A stretch of DNA of 64,000 bases from Candidatus Moraniibacteriota bacterium (GCA_942490825.1 CALNYG010000004.1:52888-116887), one strand, 5' to 3'; counted from the first letter of the stretch, positions 17,246 to 26,882 are shown. Translations and numbers: made by a program. The notes: a model not told the origin generated them from the letters alone.

Positions 17246-18739
17246 TTATTCTTCCTTAGCCTCTTGTCTAGCTTTAGCCATTGCCACTTCATTAATTACA
17301 ACGCCCTTATTAGGCGTAAATGAAAAATGAATATTTTCTTCTTTTATTGATGCTAGGTCATAATTTCTAACTTCAATCGCATCTATTGTATTTTTCGGAC
17401 TCTTATATTTAAGATTCATTCTTTCTTTACTTCCACCGTTAACCCTTCCTCTTATAATGATTCCTATTCTAAAATCATCAATATTTAATTTTTCTTTTGA
17501 ATCTGCTGAAAAGCCCATTTCCTCATTATATAAATCACAAGCATTTATGAAAATACTAGTAGCTTCATGATATTCCTTCACTATCATATCTTTTAGTCTT
17601 TGTGCTTGTTCAGGATTATCTAATTGCTCTTGCTCTTGAATTGAACCTTTTTGAACTTCCTGTTGCCCTTCTGGCTGTTGTTCTAGTTTTTGTTGTTCTT
17701 CTAATAGTTCTTCTAATGGAATTTTCTCCACTGTTGTTTCTTCTTGAAAATTACCATCATGACTAGTGATCGATTCTACTTGGATATGACAACTACTAAA
17801 ATCTAAAGTTAACCCAGCCTTTCCATTTAATTTTTCTGTCAATTCATTTAATAGCTCATTAAATTCATCAACAAAATCATTCACTTTCACTTCACCTCTT
17901 TTATTATTATTTAACAATCTTTGTAAACCTTCCTCAAATTTATTTGATTCAGCTCTTATAGTCTTATCTAATGCATCCTTAACTTTAAGTTCGCCAAAAT
18001 AATTTTCTAATCCACTTTCAATTACTTTTAAGACAGGCACGGTAAATGCCTCCCTGATACGATTTACTAAATCTTTATCTAATAATTTACCTCTTCCAAT
18101 TTCCTCTTCTAATATATCATTAATTTTTTCCTTAATTTTATTTGCATTATTATCAATACTCTCTGGATCAATGTATTGTTTATTACCATTTTCCTTTATA
18201 TTATGAAAATACTTAAACTTAGCAAAGGCATCTTCTTTTCCAATAGCATAATTTGAACGCATTTGAACCAAGTCTCCACTTGTAATATTTCCATCATGAT
18301 CCTCTCCAGTTGCAGTTTCTAACAACACTACTAAAAATGGATTGTTTTCCTCTAATGGAAATTTTTCATTAAGTAATTTTTTATTTTCTATTGCATCATC
18401 TTCATTTTGTTTGCCAAAATAATCACCATTATCAATTTCTTCAATAAGCTCTTGTCTTTGTTTTAGTGCTCCGTTTGTATTTTTTTCTATTGGTTTTATC
18501 AAAGGGCATATAGCACCTGACTCCCTCTTAGCATGAGCATCTCCATCTCCAAAATTAAGCAAATCTGCCTTTACAAATAAAGAAGCTCCTGAAAAAATTG
18601 CTACTAGAGTTCTTAATATCTTATTTTGTCCAAACTCACTTAAAAATTGAGCTTCTTTTTTTAATATTTCAGCAGCCATCTCTTCTTTTTTTTTACACCC
18701 TACTTCATTTGATGGTAAAAATTGTTTTTCCGTTTCCAT
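17246..18739 (-). CDS. acidic 497-aa protein, unknown function
   Basis: Long ORF with no motif I recognise. Contains a Glu/Gln-rich linker. Confidence 0.6.
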   Translation of the reverse strand: METEKQFLPSNEVGCKKKEEMAAEILKKEAQFLSEFGQNKILRTLVAIFSGASLFVKADLLNFGDGDAHAKRESGAICPLIKPIEKNTNGALKQRQELIEEIDNGDYFGKQNEDDAIENKKLLNEKFPLEENNPFLVVLLETATGEDHDGNITSGDLVQMRSNYAIGKEDAFAKFKYFHNIKENGNKQYIDPESIDNNANKIKEKINDILEEEIGRGKLLDKDLVNRIREAFTVPVLKVIESGLENYFGELKVKDALDKTIRAESNKFEEGLQRLLNNNKRGEVKVNDFVDEFNELLNELTEKLNGKAGLTLDFSSCHIQVESITSHDGNFQEETTVEKIPLEELLEEQQKLEQQPEGQQEVQKGSIQEQEQLDNPEQAQRLKDMIVKEYHEATSIFINACDLYNEEMGFSADSKEKLNIDDFRIGIIIRGRVNGGSKERMNLKYKSPKNTIDAIEVRNYDLASIKEENIHFSFTPNKGVVINEVAMAKARQEAKEE

Positions 18740-18751
18740 AGTTATAAAATT

Positions 18752-19027
18752 TTATTTTTTTATTTTTTCTGCAATTTTTTCAATAAATCTCCTTTCTTTA
18801 TCTAAAAGTTCTTCCATCTTCTCTTCATCCCCACTAGCAATTATCTCTTTTTTCGCATAATAATTATCCAAGAGAAACTTAGCATAATTATTATCCTTAT
18901 TTATCAAATCATACAAAAAAATCAAAAGTTCTTCTGTAAATGAATTCAATATATTTGAAAAAACAATCCTATCATTATCCACAATATTAGATATTTCCAC
19001 TATTTTTTTTATTTTTTCTTCTTTCAT
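18752..19027 (-). CDS. small helical protein, unknown function
   Basis: ORF tightly spaced with the two downstream genes. Confidence 0.45.
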   Translation of the reverse strand: MKEEKIKKIVEISNIVDNDRIVFSNILNSFTEELLIFLYDLINKDNNYAKFLLDNYYAKKEIIASGDEEKMEELLDKERRFIEKIAEKIKK

Positions 19028-19071
19028 AATTCTTTTTTAATTATTTTTATTTTTTTACGGGCATGAACCGA

Positions 19072-20544
19072 CTATCCCAATTTCCCCTTTAAAATCTCCA
19101 TCACCATCTGCGGATTAGCCTTTCCCTGAGACTCTTTCATAACCTGCCCCATCAAAAACTTAATCGCATTTTCCTTGCCAGCCTTATAATCCTCAACAGA
19201 TTTTTCATTTTCAGCAATAATTTTATCAACACTAACCTCCAATTCACCTGTATCAGAAACCTGTGCCAAGTTTTTAGCATCAATAATATGCGAAGGATCG
19301 TCATCATCACCAAAAAACATTTCATTCAAAACAGTTTGAGCTGCTGATGAATTAATAACACCATCCGCCACAAAACCAATTAACTCCGCAAAATTCTCTG
19401 CTGAAATTTTCATCTCTGAAATATTTTTCTTTTCTTTAAAAAGTAACTTTTGCAATTCACTTACTAAATAGTTTGCTGAAAGTTTAATTGCTTTTTCAAC
19501 ATTAGATTTCAATTCACCTGAATTCTTTTTACTCAAAATTTCACTCACCACATTTTCAAAAAAATCTGCCGTTTCTCTATCTGCTGTAATTACATCAAGA
19601 TTTTCATCGTTAATTTTATATTCCTCTTCAAAACGGTTCCACTTTTGCTGTGGTAATTCTGGCAAAGTTCTTCGTAAACCTTCAATGTATTCATCGTTAA
19701 ATTGCATTGGAGGAATATCTGGTTCCGGAAAATAACGATAATCATTTGCATCCTCTTTCTTTCTTTGCGAAACCGTTTTATTTTTATTATCATCCCAACC
19801 ACGCGTTTCCTGTGCAATCTTCTCTCCATTATCCAAAGCTTTTGTTTGACGAATAATTTCATAATCAACTGCTTTTTCAACAACTTTAAAAGAATTCAAG
19901 TTTTTAATCTCGACTTTTTGACCGCTTAGTTTTTCCTCGCCATCTTTATAAAGTGAAATGTTCACTTCGCAACGCATTTGTCCTTTTTCCATATTTGCAT
20001 CAGCAATTTTTAAGTAACGAAAAACTTGCTGAATTTTCTGACAAAATAATCGAGCCTCCTTGCCATTTTCAATATCTGGCTCTGTAACTAATTCCATTAA
20101 AGGCAATCCTGATCGATTTAAATCCACTAAAGAATATTTAGTTCCTTTAGGGTGAGTTGATTTTCCAGTGTCTTCTTCCATGTGAATTCGAGTAATTCCG
20201 ATTTCTCTTTCGCCAATTAAAATTTTTCCATTTTCACAAAGTGGCATATCAAACTGAGAAATTTGATAACCTTTTGGCAAATCTGGATAAAAATAATTTT
20301 TTCGATCAAATTTACTTTTTCGAGCCAAATCACAATTCAAAGCTAATCCAGCTTTCTGCACAAATTCAATTGCTGTTCGATTTGGCACCGGCAAAGCTCC
20401 AGGTTGTGCTGTACAAACTGGGCAAATATTTTTATTAGGTGTTTTTTCTTCTCCCATTCCATTCGCACAACCGCAAAACATTTTTGATTTTGTTTTGAGT
20501 TCTACGTGAATTTCCATTCCGATTACTGGTGTATATTTTGACAT
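19072..20544 (-). CDS. gatB: Asp/Glu-tRNA amidotransferase subunit B
   Basis: PVIGMEIHVELKTKSKMFCGC and a C-terminal GatB/YqeY domain. Confidence 0.95.
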   Translation of the reverse strand: MSKYTPVIGMEIHVELKTKSKMFCGCANGMGEEKTPNKNICPVCTAQPGALPVPNRTAIEFVQKAGLALNCDLARKSKFDRKNYFYPDLPKGYQISQFDMPLCENGKILIGEREIGITRIHMEEDTGKSTHPKGTKYSLVDLNRSGLPLMELVTEPDIENGKEARLFCQKIQQVFRYLKIADANMEKGQMRCEVNISLYKDGEEKLSGQKVEIKNLNSFKVVEKAVDYEIIRQTKALDNGEKIAQETRGWDDNKNKTVSQRKKEDANDYRYFPEPDIPPMQFNDEYIEGLRRTLPELPQQKWNRFEEEYKINDENLDVITADRETADFFENVVSEILSKKNSGELKSNVEKAIKLSANYLVSELQKLLFKEKKNISEMKISAENFAELIGFVADGVINSSAAQTVLNEMFFGDDDDPSHIIDAKNLAQVSDTGELEVSVDKIIAENEKSVEDYKAGKENAIKFLMGQVMKESQGKANPQMVMEILKGKLG

Positions 20545-20575
20545 ATTTTTTTATTTAAAGTTTTAAAAATAAATT

Positions 20576-20592
20576 GTGCTCGCCGCACGGGC
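20576..20592 (-). repeat. GC-rich 17-mer
   Basis: Exact copy 31 nt upstream of the gatB start. It reads gcccgtg..gcac toward the gene. Confidence 0.9.
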
Positions 20593-20703
20593 TTTTATAA
20601 TTTATATGCATACAATTTTTTTCACTATCATTTTGAATTAATAAAAATATATAAAGTCTTTAATAAAATTTGTATTTATTTTATCTATTATAAATTAACC
20701 ATT

Positions 20704-20799
20704 TCAGCCACTATTCCCAAAAACTCCAACCCCTTGATTCATTTTATCTAATCCATTTATTTTTTCTACTGTAGAACATTTTACTTTTAAGATTAACAT
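20704..20799 (-). pseudogene. decayed dUTPase C-terminal relic (copy 2)
   Basis: Translates to MLILKVKCSTVEKINGLDKMNQGVGVFGNSG*. It is alignable with the relic at 21304..21405. Confidence 0.5.
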
Positions 20800-20850
20800 T
20801 TTAACAATTTCATTGCTCTTTTTAATTTATTTTTAATCATAAATGTAAGT

Positions 20851-21267
20851 TTAAACTTTCATCTTTTCAATTTTATTAAACCTATTTTCTAAATTAAAAA
20901 TCCTCTTTTCTAAAACACCAAAAGCTTCTCCAGTTGGTCTTTTTTCCAACTCCTTTTTTATTTCATCAAGTTCTTTTTTAATTAAAATCATTTCATCATC
21001 AAAACTATCAGAAAAATTACTTTGATAATCAAATATTACCTTAAAATTATCCGATGTTTTTTGTTTAAAATTATCTAAATTATTTCTCAAACCTTCAAAA
21101 TTTTCCCTAGTTTCTTCTTTAAATTCGTTTAAATCTTTTTGAACAATAGAAACACCCTCAGCCACTACTTGAATATCACCCCTCAATTCTTCTAAAATAA
21201 CTTGATTTTTATCATTAAATTTTTCCAAAATATTTTCCAATTGTTTAGTGGTAATATTTTCACCCAT
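20851..21267 (-). CDS. coiled-coil protein, unknown function
   Basis: ORF with heptad-like charged repeats. Confidence 0.5.
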   Translation of the reverse strand: MGENITTKQLENILEKFNDKNQVILEELRGDIQVVAEGVSIVQKDLNEFKEETRENFEGLRNNLDNFKQKTSDNFKVIFDYQSNFSDSFDDEMILIKKELDEIKKELEKRPTGEAFGVLEKRIFNLENRFNKIEKMKV

Positions 21268-21303
21268 ACTTTTGTAATAATTATTTTTAATTTAAAAATT
21301 TAT

Positions 21304-21405
21304 TTACTTCAATCCCGTACTCCCAAAACCTCCCTTTCCCCGCTCTGTTTCATCTAATTCATCCACTTCCTCTATTGTAGGACATTCCACCTTTTGAATC
21401 AACAT
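21304..21405 (-). pseudogene. dut: trimeric dUTPase C-terminal relic (motif V only)
   Basis: Translates to MLIQKVECPTIEEVDELDETERGKGGFGSTGLK*. R-G-x-G-GFGSTG is dUTPase motif V. Only 33 codons remain, 6 nt after the MazG stop. Confidence 0.65.
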
Positions 21406-21411
21406 TGACAA

Positions 21412-21765
21412 TTATCGATTATCACCTTTTCCATTTAAAACACTCCGATCTTTTCGACTGGAAAGTTTTTCTATATTAATAGCTGCAACATCATCTAATG
21501 AAACATCTAAATAACGAGCTATTACACTCAAATACCATAAAACATCCCCTAATTCTTTGGTCACTTCTTTTTTATCATCATCAGACAATATTCCGTCTTT
21601 ATCTCTTAAAATTTTTTTAAATTTTTCTGCAACCTCTCCTGATTCACCAACTAAACCAAGTAATTTCGTCATAAATGCACTATCAGAGACATTTATTGTT
21701 TTCAAATCATTTTCTTCAAAAACATCAAATGTTATTGCTTTTTTTTGGTATTCGTTAAAATTCAT
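21412..21765 (-). CDS. MazG-type nucleoside triphosphate pyrophosphohydrolase
   Basis: LVGESGEVAEKF and ELGDVLWYL EExxE/D motifs. Confidence 0.8.
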   Translation of the reverse strand: MNFNEYQKKAITFDVFEENDLKTINVSDSAFMTKLLGLVGESGEVAEKFKKILRDKDGILSDDDKKEVTKELGDVLWYLSVIARYLDVSLDDVAAINIEKLSSRKDRSVLNGKGDNR

Positions 21766-21797
21766 AATTTTATAAATTAATATTTATTTAAATTTAA

Positions 21798-22487
21798 TTA
21801 CCTTATACTTTCCCTTACTTCTTCCCAAACCAATTCACTAATTTGCCCTTTCGATAACAACTCATCCCCAATCACACACTTAACATCAATCCAATTACCA
21901 CTTTCCTTAACTAAATTCAAAGCACTCCTTTTAGCATTCTGTAAATGCTTCAAATCACTCTCATGAGCATCTTTCTTGCCATTCAAATATTTTTTCTTCT
22001 CCTTTGCACTTTTCTTTTCTAAAAGTTTTAATGAAAAACTTAAAGGCACATTCAAAAAAATAATCACATCAGGTCGAGGAATCTTAAAAACCTCAAACTC
22101 CAGCTTATCCAACCATTTCAAAAACTCTCGCCTTTTTTTCGCATCCAAAATTTTACCACCTTGATGAATTTGATTAGAATTGGCATAACGATCACCGATC
22201 ACAATATATCCTTTTTCTAACCATTTTTTAATCTGCTCACTCGACTCGAATCTATCCACCGCATATAAAACCGACGCAATCTTTGGATCCAATTTTGCAA
22301 AATCTCCATATTCACCAGATAAACATTCACCAATAAACTTTCCAAAAAAATTATTTTCATACTGTGGAAAATCAATTGTCTTTACTTTTTTTCCTTCACT
22401 TTTTATTTTTTTAATTAACAAATCTGTCTGAGTTTTCTTCCCACAACCATCAGTTCCTTCGAAAACAATAAATTTTCCTTTTTTCAT
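21798..22487 (-). CDS. tmk: thymidylate kinase
   Basis: FIVFEGTDGCGKKTQ P-loop and a DRY-like GDRYANS motif. Confidence 0.9.
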   Translation of the reverse strand: MKKGKFIVFEGTDGCGKKTQTDLLIKKIKSEGKKVKTIDFPQYENNFFGKFIGECLSGEYGDFAKLDPKIASVLYAVDRFESSEQIKKWLEKGYIVIGDRYANSNQIHQGGKILDAKKRREFLKWLDKLEFEVFKIPRPDVIIFLNVPLSFSLKLLEKKSAKEKKKYLNGKKDAHESDLKHLQNAKRSALNLVKESGNWIDVKCVIGDELLSKGQISELVWEEVRESIR

Positions 22488-22516
22488 ATTTGATACAAAT
22501 TTACAAATTACACACT

Positions 22517-22930
22517 TTACAAAACCTTTTTAAAAAATCCCGTATCACAAATCTCAAAACCCAAACTTTGATACAATTTTCTAGCAGATGTTCGTGATGA
22601 ATTACTAGTCAATGTAATTTGCCGTAAATTATTTTCCTCAGCAACTTCAATAAGTTTATTCATAATCATTCTGCCCAAGCCCTGTCCTCGATAATTTTCA
22701 TCAATAATAACATCCTCAACAACCCCTGTTAACCCTTTAACTGGACCCTGATAAAATGCCAGAGTTGCAGAACCAATAATCTCACCTTTGTCATTTTCCA
22801 AAACATGACAATGACATCTTTCGTCATCTATTATTGCATTAGAATTAATCAAAATTTTTCTACCTGCAAGATCCTGAAAAAGTTTATTCAAAACATTTTT
22901 ATCTTTAATTTCAAATGGTCTAATTTTCAT
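22517..22930 (-). CDS. GNAT family N-acetyltransferase
   Basis: YRGQGLGRMIMNKLIE acetyl-CoA binding motif. Confidence 0.8.
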   Translation of the reverse strand: MKIRPFEIKDKNVLNKLFQDLAGRKILINSNAIIDDERCHCHVLENDKGEIIGSATLAFYQGPVKGLTGVVEDVIIDENYRGQGLGRMIMNKLIEVAEENNLRQITLTSNSSRTSARKLYQSLGFEICDTGFFKKVL

Positions 22931-22960
22931 CTTGTTATTTCTAAAAATTTATATTCAAAA

Positions 22961-24313
22961 TTATTTTTTCTCAACAATATCATGTTCACCTCTTTTAACA
23001 TCAAATTGATTTGGCTCATCATCCTGATGAATAACCAATCCATCTTTTTCAAAAAGTTCTTTCAAACTATCAATCATCTTTAACGCCTGTTCAACTAAAG
23101 TCGGATGAACAAAACGAGTCGATCGCAACTCCGCCAAATAAACCAAAGCCTTCAAATCACCAACAACTCGACATGGAACTCTATAACCCATCGCAATATA
23201 ATATTGTTTAACTTCCTTAGAAATATCCAAATTTTTAATTTTATCTTCCTGACTTGCAATTAATTTTTCCGCTTTTTTTCTAACATCTTCTGGCAATTCA
23301 TCTAAATACCATTCATGAAATCCGTGATCAAAAGTTAGCAAAGGCATTCTCTGAATTACCGCTCGATGACGTTGTAAATCACGATATGAACCAAAGTCTA
23401 AAAGAAATTCATAACCAACAACACCACATTCACCAATTGTTTGAGGCAATTCAGTTTTAAATGGTCGAGTCTTCAAAAATTCTTCATAATCTTTCAAAAT
23501 ATTTCTTTCAACATTATCATATAAAAGCTCAAAATCTTTCGCTTTATCATTTTCATAATAATAACTTTCTTGCATCCACTTTTTATTATAATTTTCAGTA
23601 TTTGGAAAACGCTCATGACCAAAAGATTCCGGAAGAGCTTTTTCTAAAGCCTTTTCAGTTTTTTCAGCAATTTCTTTAACTTCTTCTAATGGATGATGTC
23701 GTAAAAGCATCATTTCATCAGCAAACTGACGCAAATTCATTCGCCAAGCTAAATTAGTCGTAGCTCCTGCTGGCAAAAAAGATCGAGTAATATCAAAAGC
23801 TCGAGCCGCAATCGCCTTTTCGTAAATTTTTTCGTTTTCATTTTCACCGCAAGAAAACTGTTTTTTCAAATGTTCTTTTACAGGCTCTTGAGCTTCTAAA
23901 TAAAATTTCCGCCAGTTTTCTAAAATCTCTTCTCCTTCCTTATTTTCCAAAGGATTTGAAAACTTTTGCTTAGAAAAATCAATATATCGAGTTGATGCTT
24001 CCTGTCCAGAATAAAGACGCCAATCCTGAATTGCCTTCGCCGCCAACATAGAAACACCTTCAACAAAAACTGTCACACTTCCGCAATCTCCAATCGACTT
24101 ATGTCCATAACCCACGTAAAATTGCTCCATGAAATTTTTTGCTCCTCTTTTTTTTAAAACTTCTAAATGATGCTTTATTCCTCCTGTTGAACGTGAATGT
24201 AATGCCTGTAACATCGCCTCCGCCTGTGAATCAATCTTCGCTTCATTGTTTAAAACCAAAACAAAACCCCCTTGAGATAATTTTTCAACAGAGTGTTTTT
24301 CTAAAATGCTCAT
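22961..24313 (-). CDS. thyX: long-form ThyX-like FAD-dependent thymidylate synthase homolog
   Basis: QEASTRYIDF (SxRY-like) in the N-terminal half and LQRHRAVIQ (RHR) in the C-terminal half. At 450 aa it is about twice a canonical ThyX. Confidence 0.65.
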   Translation of the reverse strand: MSILEKHSVEKLSQGGFVLVLNNEAKIDSQAEAMLQALHSRSTGGIKHHLEVLKKRGAKNFMEQFYVGYGHKSIGDCGSVTVFVEGVSMLAAKAIQDWRLYSGQEASTRYIDFSKQKFSNPLENKEGEEILENWRKFYLEAQEPVKEHLKKQFSCGENENEKIYEKAIAARAFDITRSFLPAGATTNLAWRMNLRQFADEMMLLRHHPLEEVKEIAEKTEKALEKALPESFGHERFPNTENYNKKWMQESYYYENDKAKDFELLYDNVERNILKDYEEFLKTRPFKTELPQTIGECGVVGYEFLLDFGSYRDLQRHRAVIQRMPLLTFDHGFHEWYLDELPEDVRKKAEKLIASQEDKIKNLDISKEVKQYYIAMGYRVPCRVVGDLKALVYLAELRSTRFVHPTLVEQALKMIDSLKELFEKDGLVIHQDDEPNQFDVKRGEHDIVEKK

Positions 24314-24441
24314 TTATGTAAATTTTAATAAATTAAAATCCCCTTTATTTTTACATTTTACCATAATATCTTAAAAGTTAAAAAACAAAAAAACGTAATA
24401 AATTACGTTTTTCTTTATAGTTTCTAAAAAATTAAGTATTA

Positions 24442-24999
24442 TTAATCAATAATTTTTTCTACTACTCTATCAACATTTTCATACAATTTTTTAATCGTTC
24501 CGTGATTAATAATTGTGTGATCTGCAATAGCAATCGGACCACCTTGTTCTAAATTCTCTATCTGCCGTCTATCTCTAATTTCCAATTCCTCTTTAGTCAA
24601 AGGACGATCTTTCCTTTCTCCAATTCTCCTAATTCTTTCATCAGGTGAAACATAAATAGCAATCGTATGCAAATCCTCTCCAAAAGCCTCCCGCAGAATT
24701 AAATACTCAGTCCACATATACAAACTCTCCACCAAGATAAACTCGTTATTTTCTTTAAGTTTATTTAATTTTTTAACAACTTCCTTTGCGTAATGATCTT
24801 TACCAAATCTCACCCGTAAATCTTCACGAACTTCCTGCTCATTTTTTGGATTTACTTCCAAACCTCTCTTTTTAATTTCATCAAAAGTAACTTCACCAAA
24901 ATAAACCTTTGGCCAATTATGTTCTTCTATTAAATAATCTATAACCGCTGTTTTACCACTTCCCGGCATTCCCAACAAAGCAATTATTTTATTTTTCAT
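24442..24999 (-). CDS. P-loop nucleotide/nucleoside kinase-like protein
   Basis: LLGMPGSGKTAVIDYL Walker A, with the size and layout of small NMP kinases. Confidence 0.6.
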   Translation of the reverse strand: MKNKIIALLGMPGSGKTAVIDYLIEEHNWPKVYFGEVTFDEIKKRGLEVNPKNEQEVREDLRVRFGKDHYAKEVVKKLNKLKENNEFILVESLYMWTEYLILREAFGEDLHTIAIYVSPDERIRRIGERKDRPLTKEELEIRDRRQIENLEQGGPIAIADHTIINHGTIKKLYENVDRVVEKIID

Positions 25000-25010
25000 A
25001 TAATATAAAA

Positions 25011-25571
25011 TTAAAAATTTTTATGCATTAAAGATTCTTGTACTCCCTTGTCTCCATAATACTTGCTATTTAACTTTTTGTCACCATAAGATCGCTCACA
25101 AGGTGAAGATAAATATTCAAAAGCCATCTGTGCAATTGGCATTTTGTAATAAAGTTTAATCGGCAATGCTCCTGCGTTAAATAATTCTAAAGTCATTTTC
25201 AAAGAATTTCCAGGATCGAGATATCCTGCTGTCGTATGAATAATTAAACCTAATCGACCTAATGAACTTTTGCCCTCCAGTCGTCCAACCATTTTTTCTG
25301 AAACCCCAGTTTCTTCGTGAACTAAAGCTAAAGCAAAATCTCCAGGATGTAAAATAAACGATCCATTATTTTTGATAATAATTTTTTTCATCAAATCTTT
25401 AGCAGGTTTTTTAACATCAATAATATGATGTGCGTTTTTATCAAAAATCATAAATTCTTTATCCAAACGCAAATCAACACTTGCCGGTTGCAGTGCTTTT
25501 TTGCTGAATGGTTTTACAATAATGTTTTTGTTTCGAATTTCTTTTTGAATGTCTTTATCTGATAATGCCAT
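25011..25571 (-). CDS. dcd: dCTP deaminase (dUTPase superfamily)
   Basis: SSLGRLGLIIHTTAGYLDPGNSLKMTLELFN and a C-terminal YYGDKG. Confidence 0.85.
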   Translation of the reverse strand: MALSDKDIQKEIRNKNIIVKPFSKKALQPASVDLRLDKEFMIFDKNAHHIIDVKKPAKDLMKKIIIKNNGSFILHPGDFALALVHEETGVSEKMVGRLEGKSSLGRLGLIIHTTAGYLDPGNSLKMTLELFNAGALPIKLYYKMPIAQMAFEYLSSPCERSYGDKKLNSKYYGDKGVQESLMHKNF

Positions 25572-25638
25572 AAATTTAAACTAGGAATTAATTATATACC
25601 ACTCTTATTATGCTTTATTTTTTTGTTTTTGAAAAGGC

Positions 25639-25667
25639 TTGACAAGATGATGATGATGTAGGATATA
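25639..25667 (+). promoter_or_regulatory. sigma70-type promoter candidate
   Basis: TTGACA, a 17-nt spacer, then GATATA. It lies ~125 nt upstream of the 25793 ATG. Confidence 0.45.
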
Positions 25668-25792
25668 GAGTCATAGTTAGAAATCTGATTGTGATTAGTT
25701 TCTTAAAAAAATTAAGAAAAATGTAGTTTTCAAGCATTTAATTTGAAAAATAATTAAATCAATGTCCGCAAATTCAATCAAGGAGCAAAAAA

Positions 25793-26095
25793 ATGGAAGC
25801 GAACAATGAAAAATTTCACTGGTTTTATATACCTTATGAAATTTTAGTGAATAACCAGCCTTATAGTGCTGGAAACATCGAACTTGGTTTTAAAAACTTT
25901 AAACCAACAATGAAAGAGGGCATTTGGGCAAAAAAAGTGATTATAGATGGCATATATCGAGATATGCTCAAAGGAAAAATCGCAGACCCAAAAGTCAGCA
26001 AAAACCAAATTGATATAAAGTTTGGAATTACCAAGTACATCGGACATCAAGCAAAAAGCGAGTACGAACAAGAATTACTTACTACGCAACCTTGA
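25793..26095 (+). CDS. 100-aa protein, unknown function
   Basis: AAGGAG lies 8 nt upstream of the ATG. Flanked by a candidate promoter and a terminator. Confidence 0.6.
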   Translation: MEANNEKFHWFYIPYEILVNNQPYSAGNIELGFKNFKPTMKEGIWAKKVIIDGIYRDMLKGKIADPKVSKNQIDIKFGITKYIGHQAKSEYEQELLTTQP

Positions 26096-26186
26096 AAACT
26101 GTTGGACTTCTCAAGTAACACTCGAGAAGTCCCAGCAACTAAAAATTTCAAACTTCAAGCTTTAGAATTTTTTGAGCTGGAATTTT

Positions 26187-26217
26187 AAAAAGCTATCTTT
26201 TTGTAGATAGCTTTTTT
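26187..26217. terminator. bidirectional intrinsic terminator
   Basis: aaaaagctatct-ttttgt-agatagcttttt. Confidence 0.7.
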
Positions 26218-26228
26218 ATTTTCCAAAT

Positions 26229-26789
26229 TTAATCTTTCAAAATTTCTTCCATTGCTTTATCAACCTCAGTCAAAAGATGATCCATAGTTGTTTCATTCTT
26301 AATAGCAAAGTCAGCTTTAGAACCAATTTCAGGAACCGCTCTTTCAGTTTCAGCAGTTGACTCAAAGTTTTGAAAATCTTCAAAACTTTGTTGATCATCT
26401 GCTTTTTCTCCTCGATTATATGCCCTCTGCCAACGCAACTTCTGATCAGCTGTAATATAAATTACATAACTATGCTCAAAAGATCTAACAAATTCATAAT
26501 CACTAGGCATTCTTAATCCATTAATACACATCACACCTTCATCATGCTGATCAATAAATCTTCTAATTCCTAAATGTAAAATATCTTCACCAAAACGCTC
26601 TTTAAGAACTTGATAAAACCAATTTTGATCAGACTTTTTAGGATTTTCAAAGAAAAACTTCAAGGCTCTCTTCATTGGCAAACTAAATCGAAGATCATGA
26701 GTACCATATTTTCTTTTAAGATAATGAGCCACAGTATCCTTTCCGCTACCAGTTTCTCCCACTAAACCAATAACAATTTTTTTATTCAT
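26229..26789 (-). CDS. dNMP kinase-like P-loop protein
   Basis: GLVGETGSGKDTVAHYL (GxxGSGKDT, as in phage-type dNMP kinases). Confidence 0.55.
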   Translation of the reverse strand: MNKKIVIGLVGETGSGKDTVAHYLKRKYGTHDLRFSLPMKRALKFFFENPKKSDQNWFYQVLKERFGEDILHLGIRRFIDQHDEGVMCINGLRMPSDYEFVRSFEHSYVIYITADQKLRWQRAYNRGEKADDQQSFEDFQNFESTAETERAVPEIGSKADFAIKNETTMDHLLTEVDKAMEEILKD

Positions 26790-26827
26790 TTTTATAATTT
26801 AAAAATAAAATTATTTCTATTCACGCC

Positions 26828-26851
26828 AACAAGGGGCCATGACCCCTTGTT
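26828..26851. other. GC-rich hairpin downstream of rplA
   Basis: aacaagggg-ccatga-ccccttgtt. No clear U-run follows. Confidence 0.4.
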
Positions 26852-26882
26852 ATAGTGTAATAAATTTTATAAAAGTAATCTA

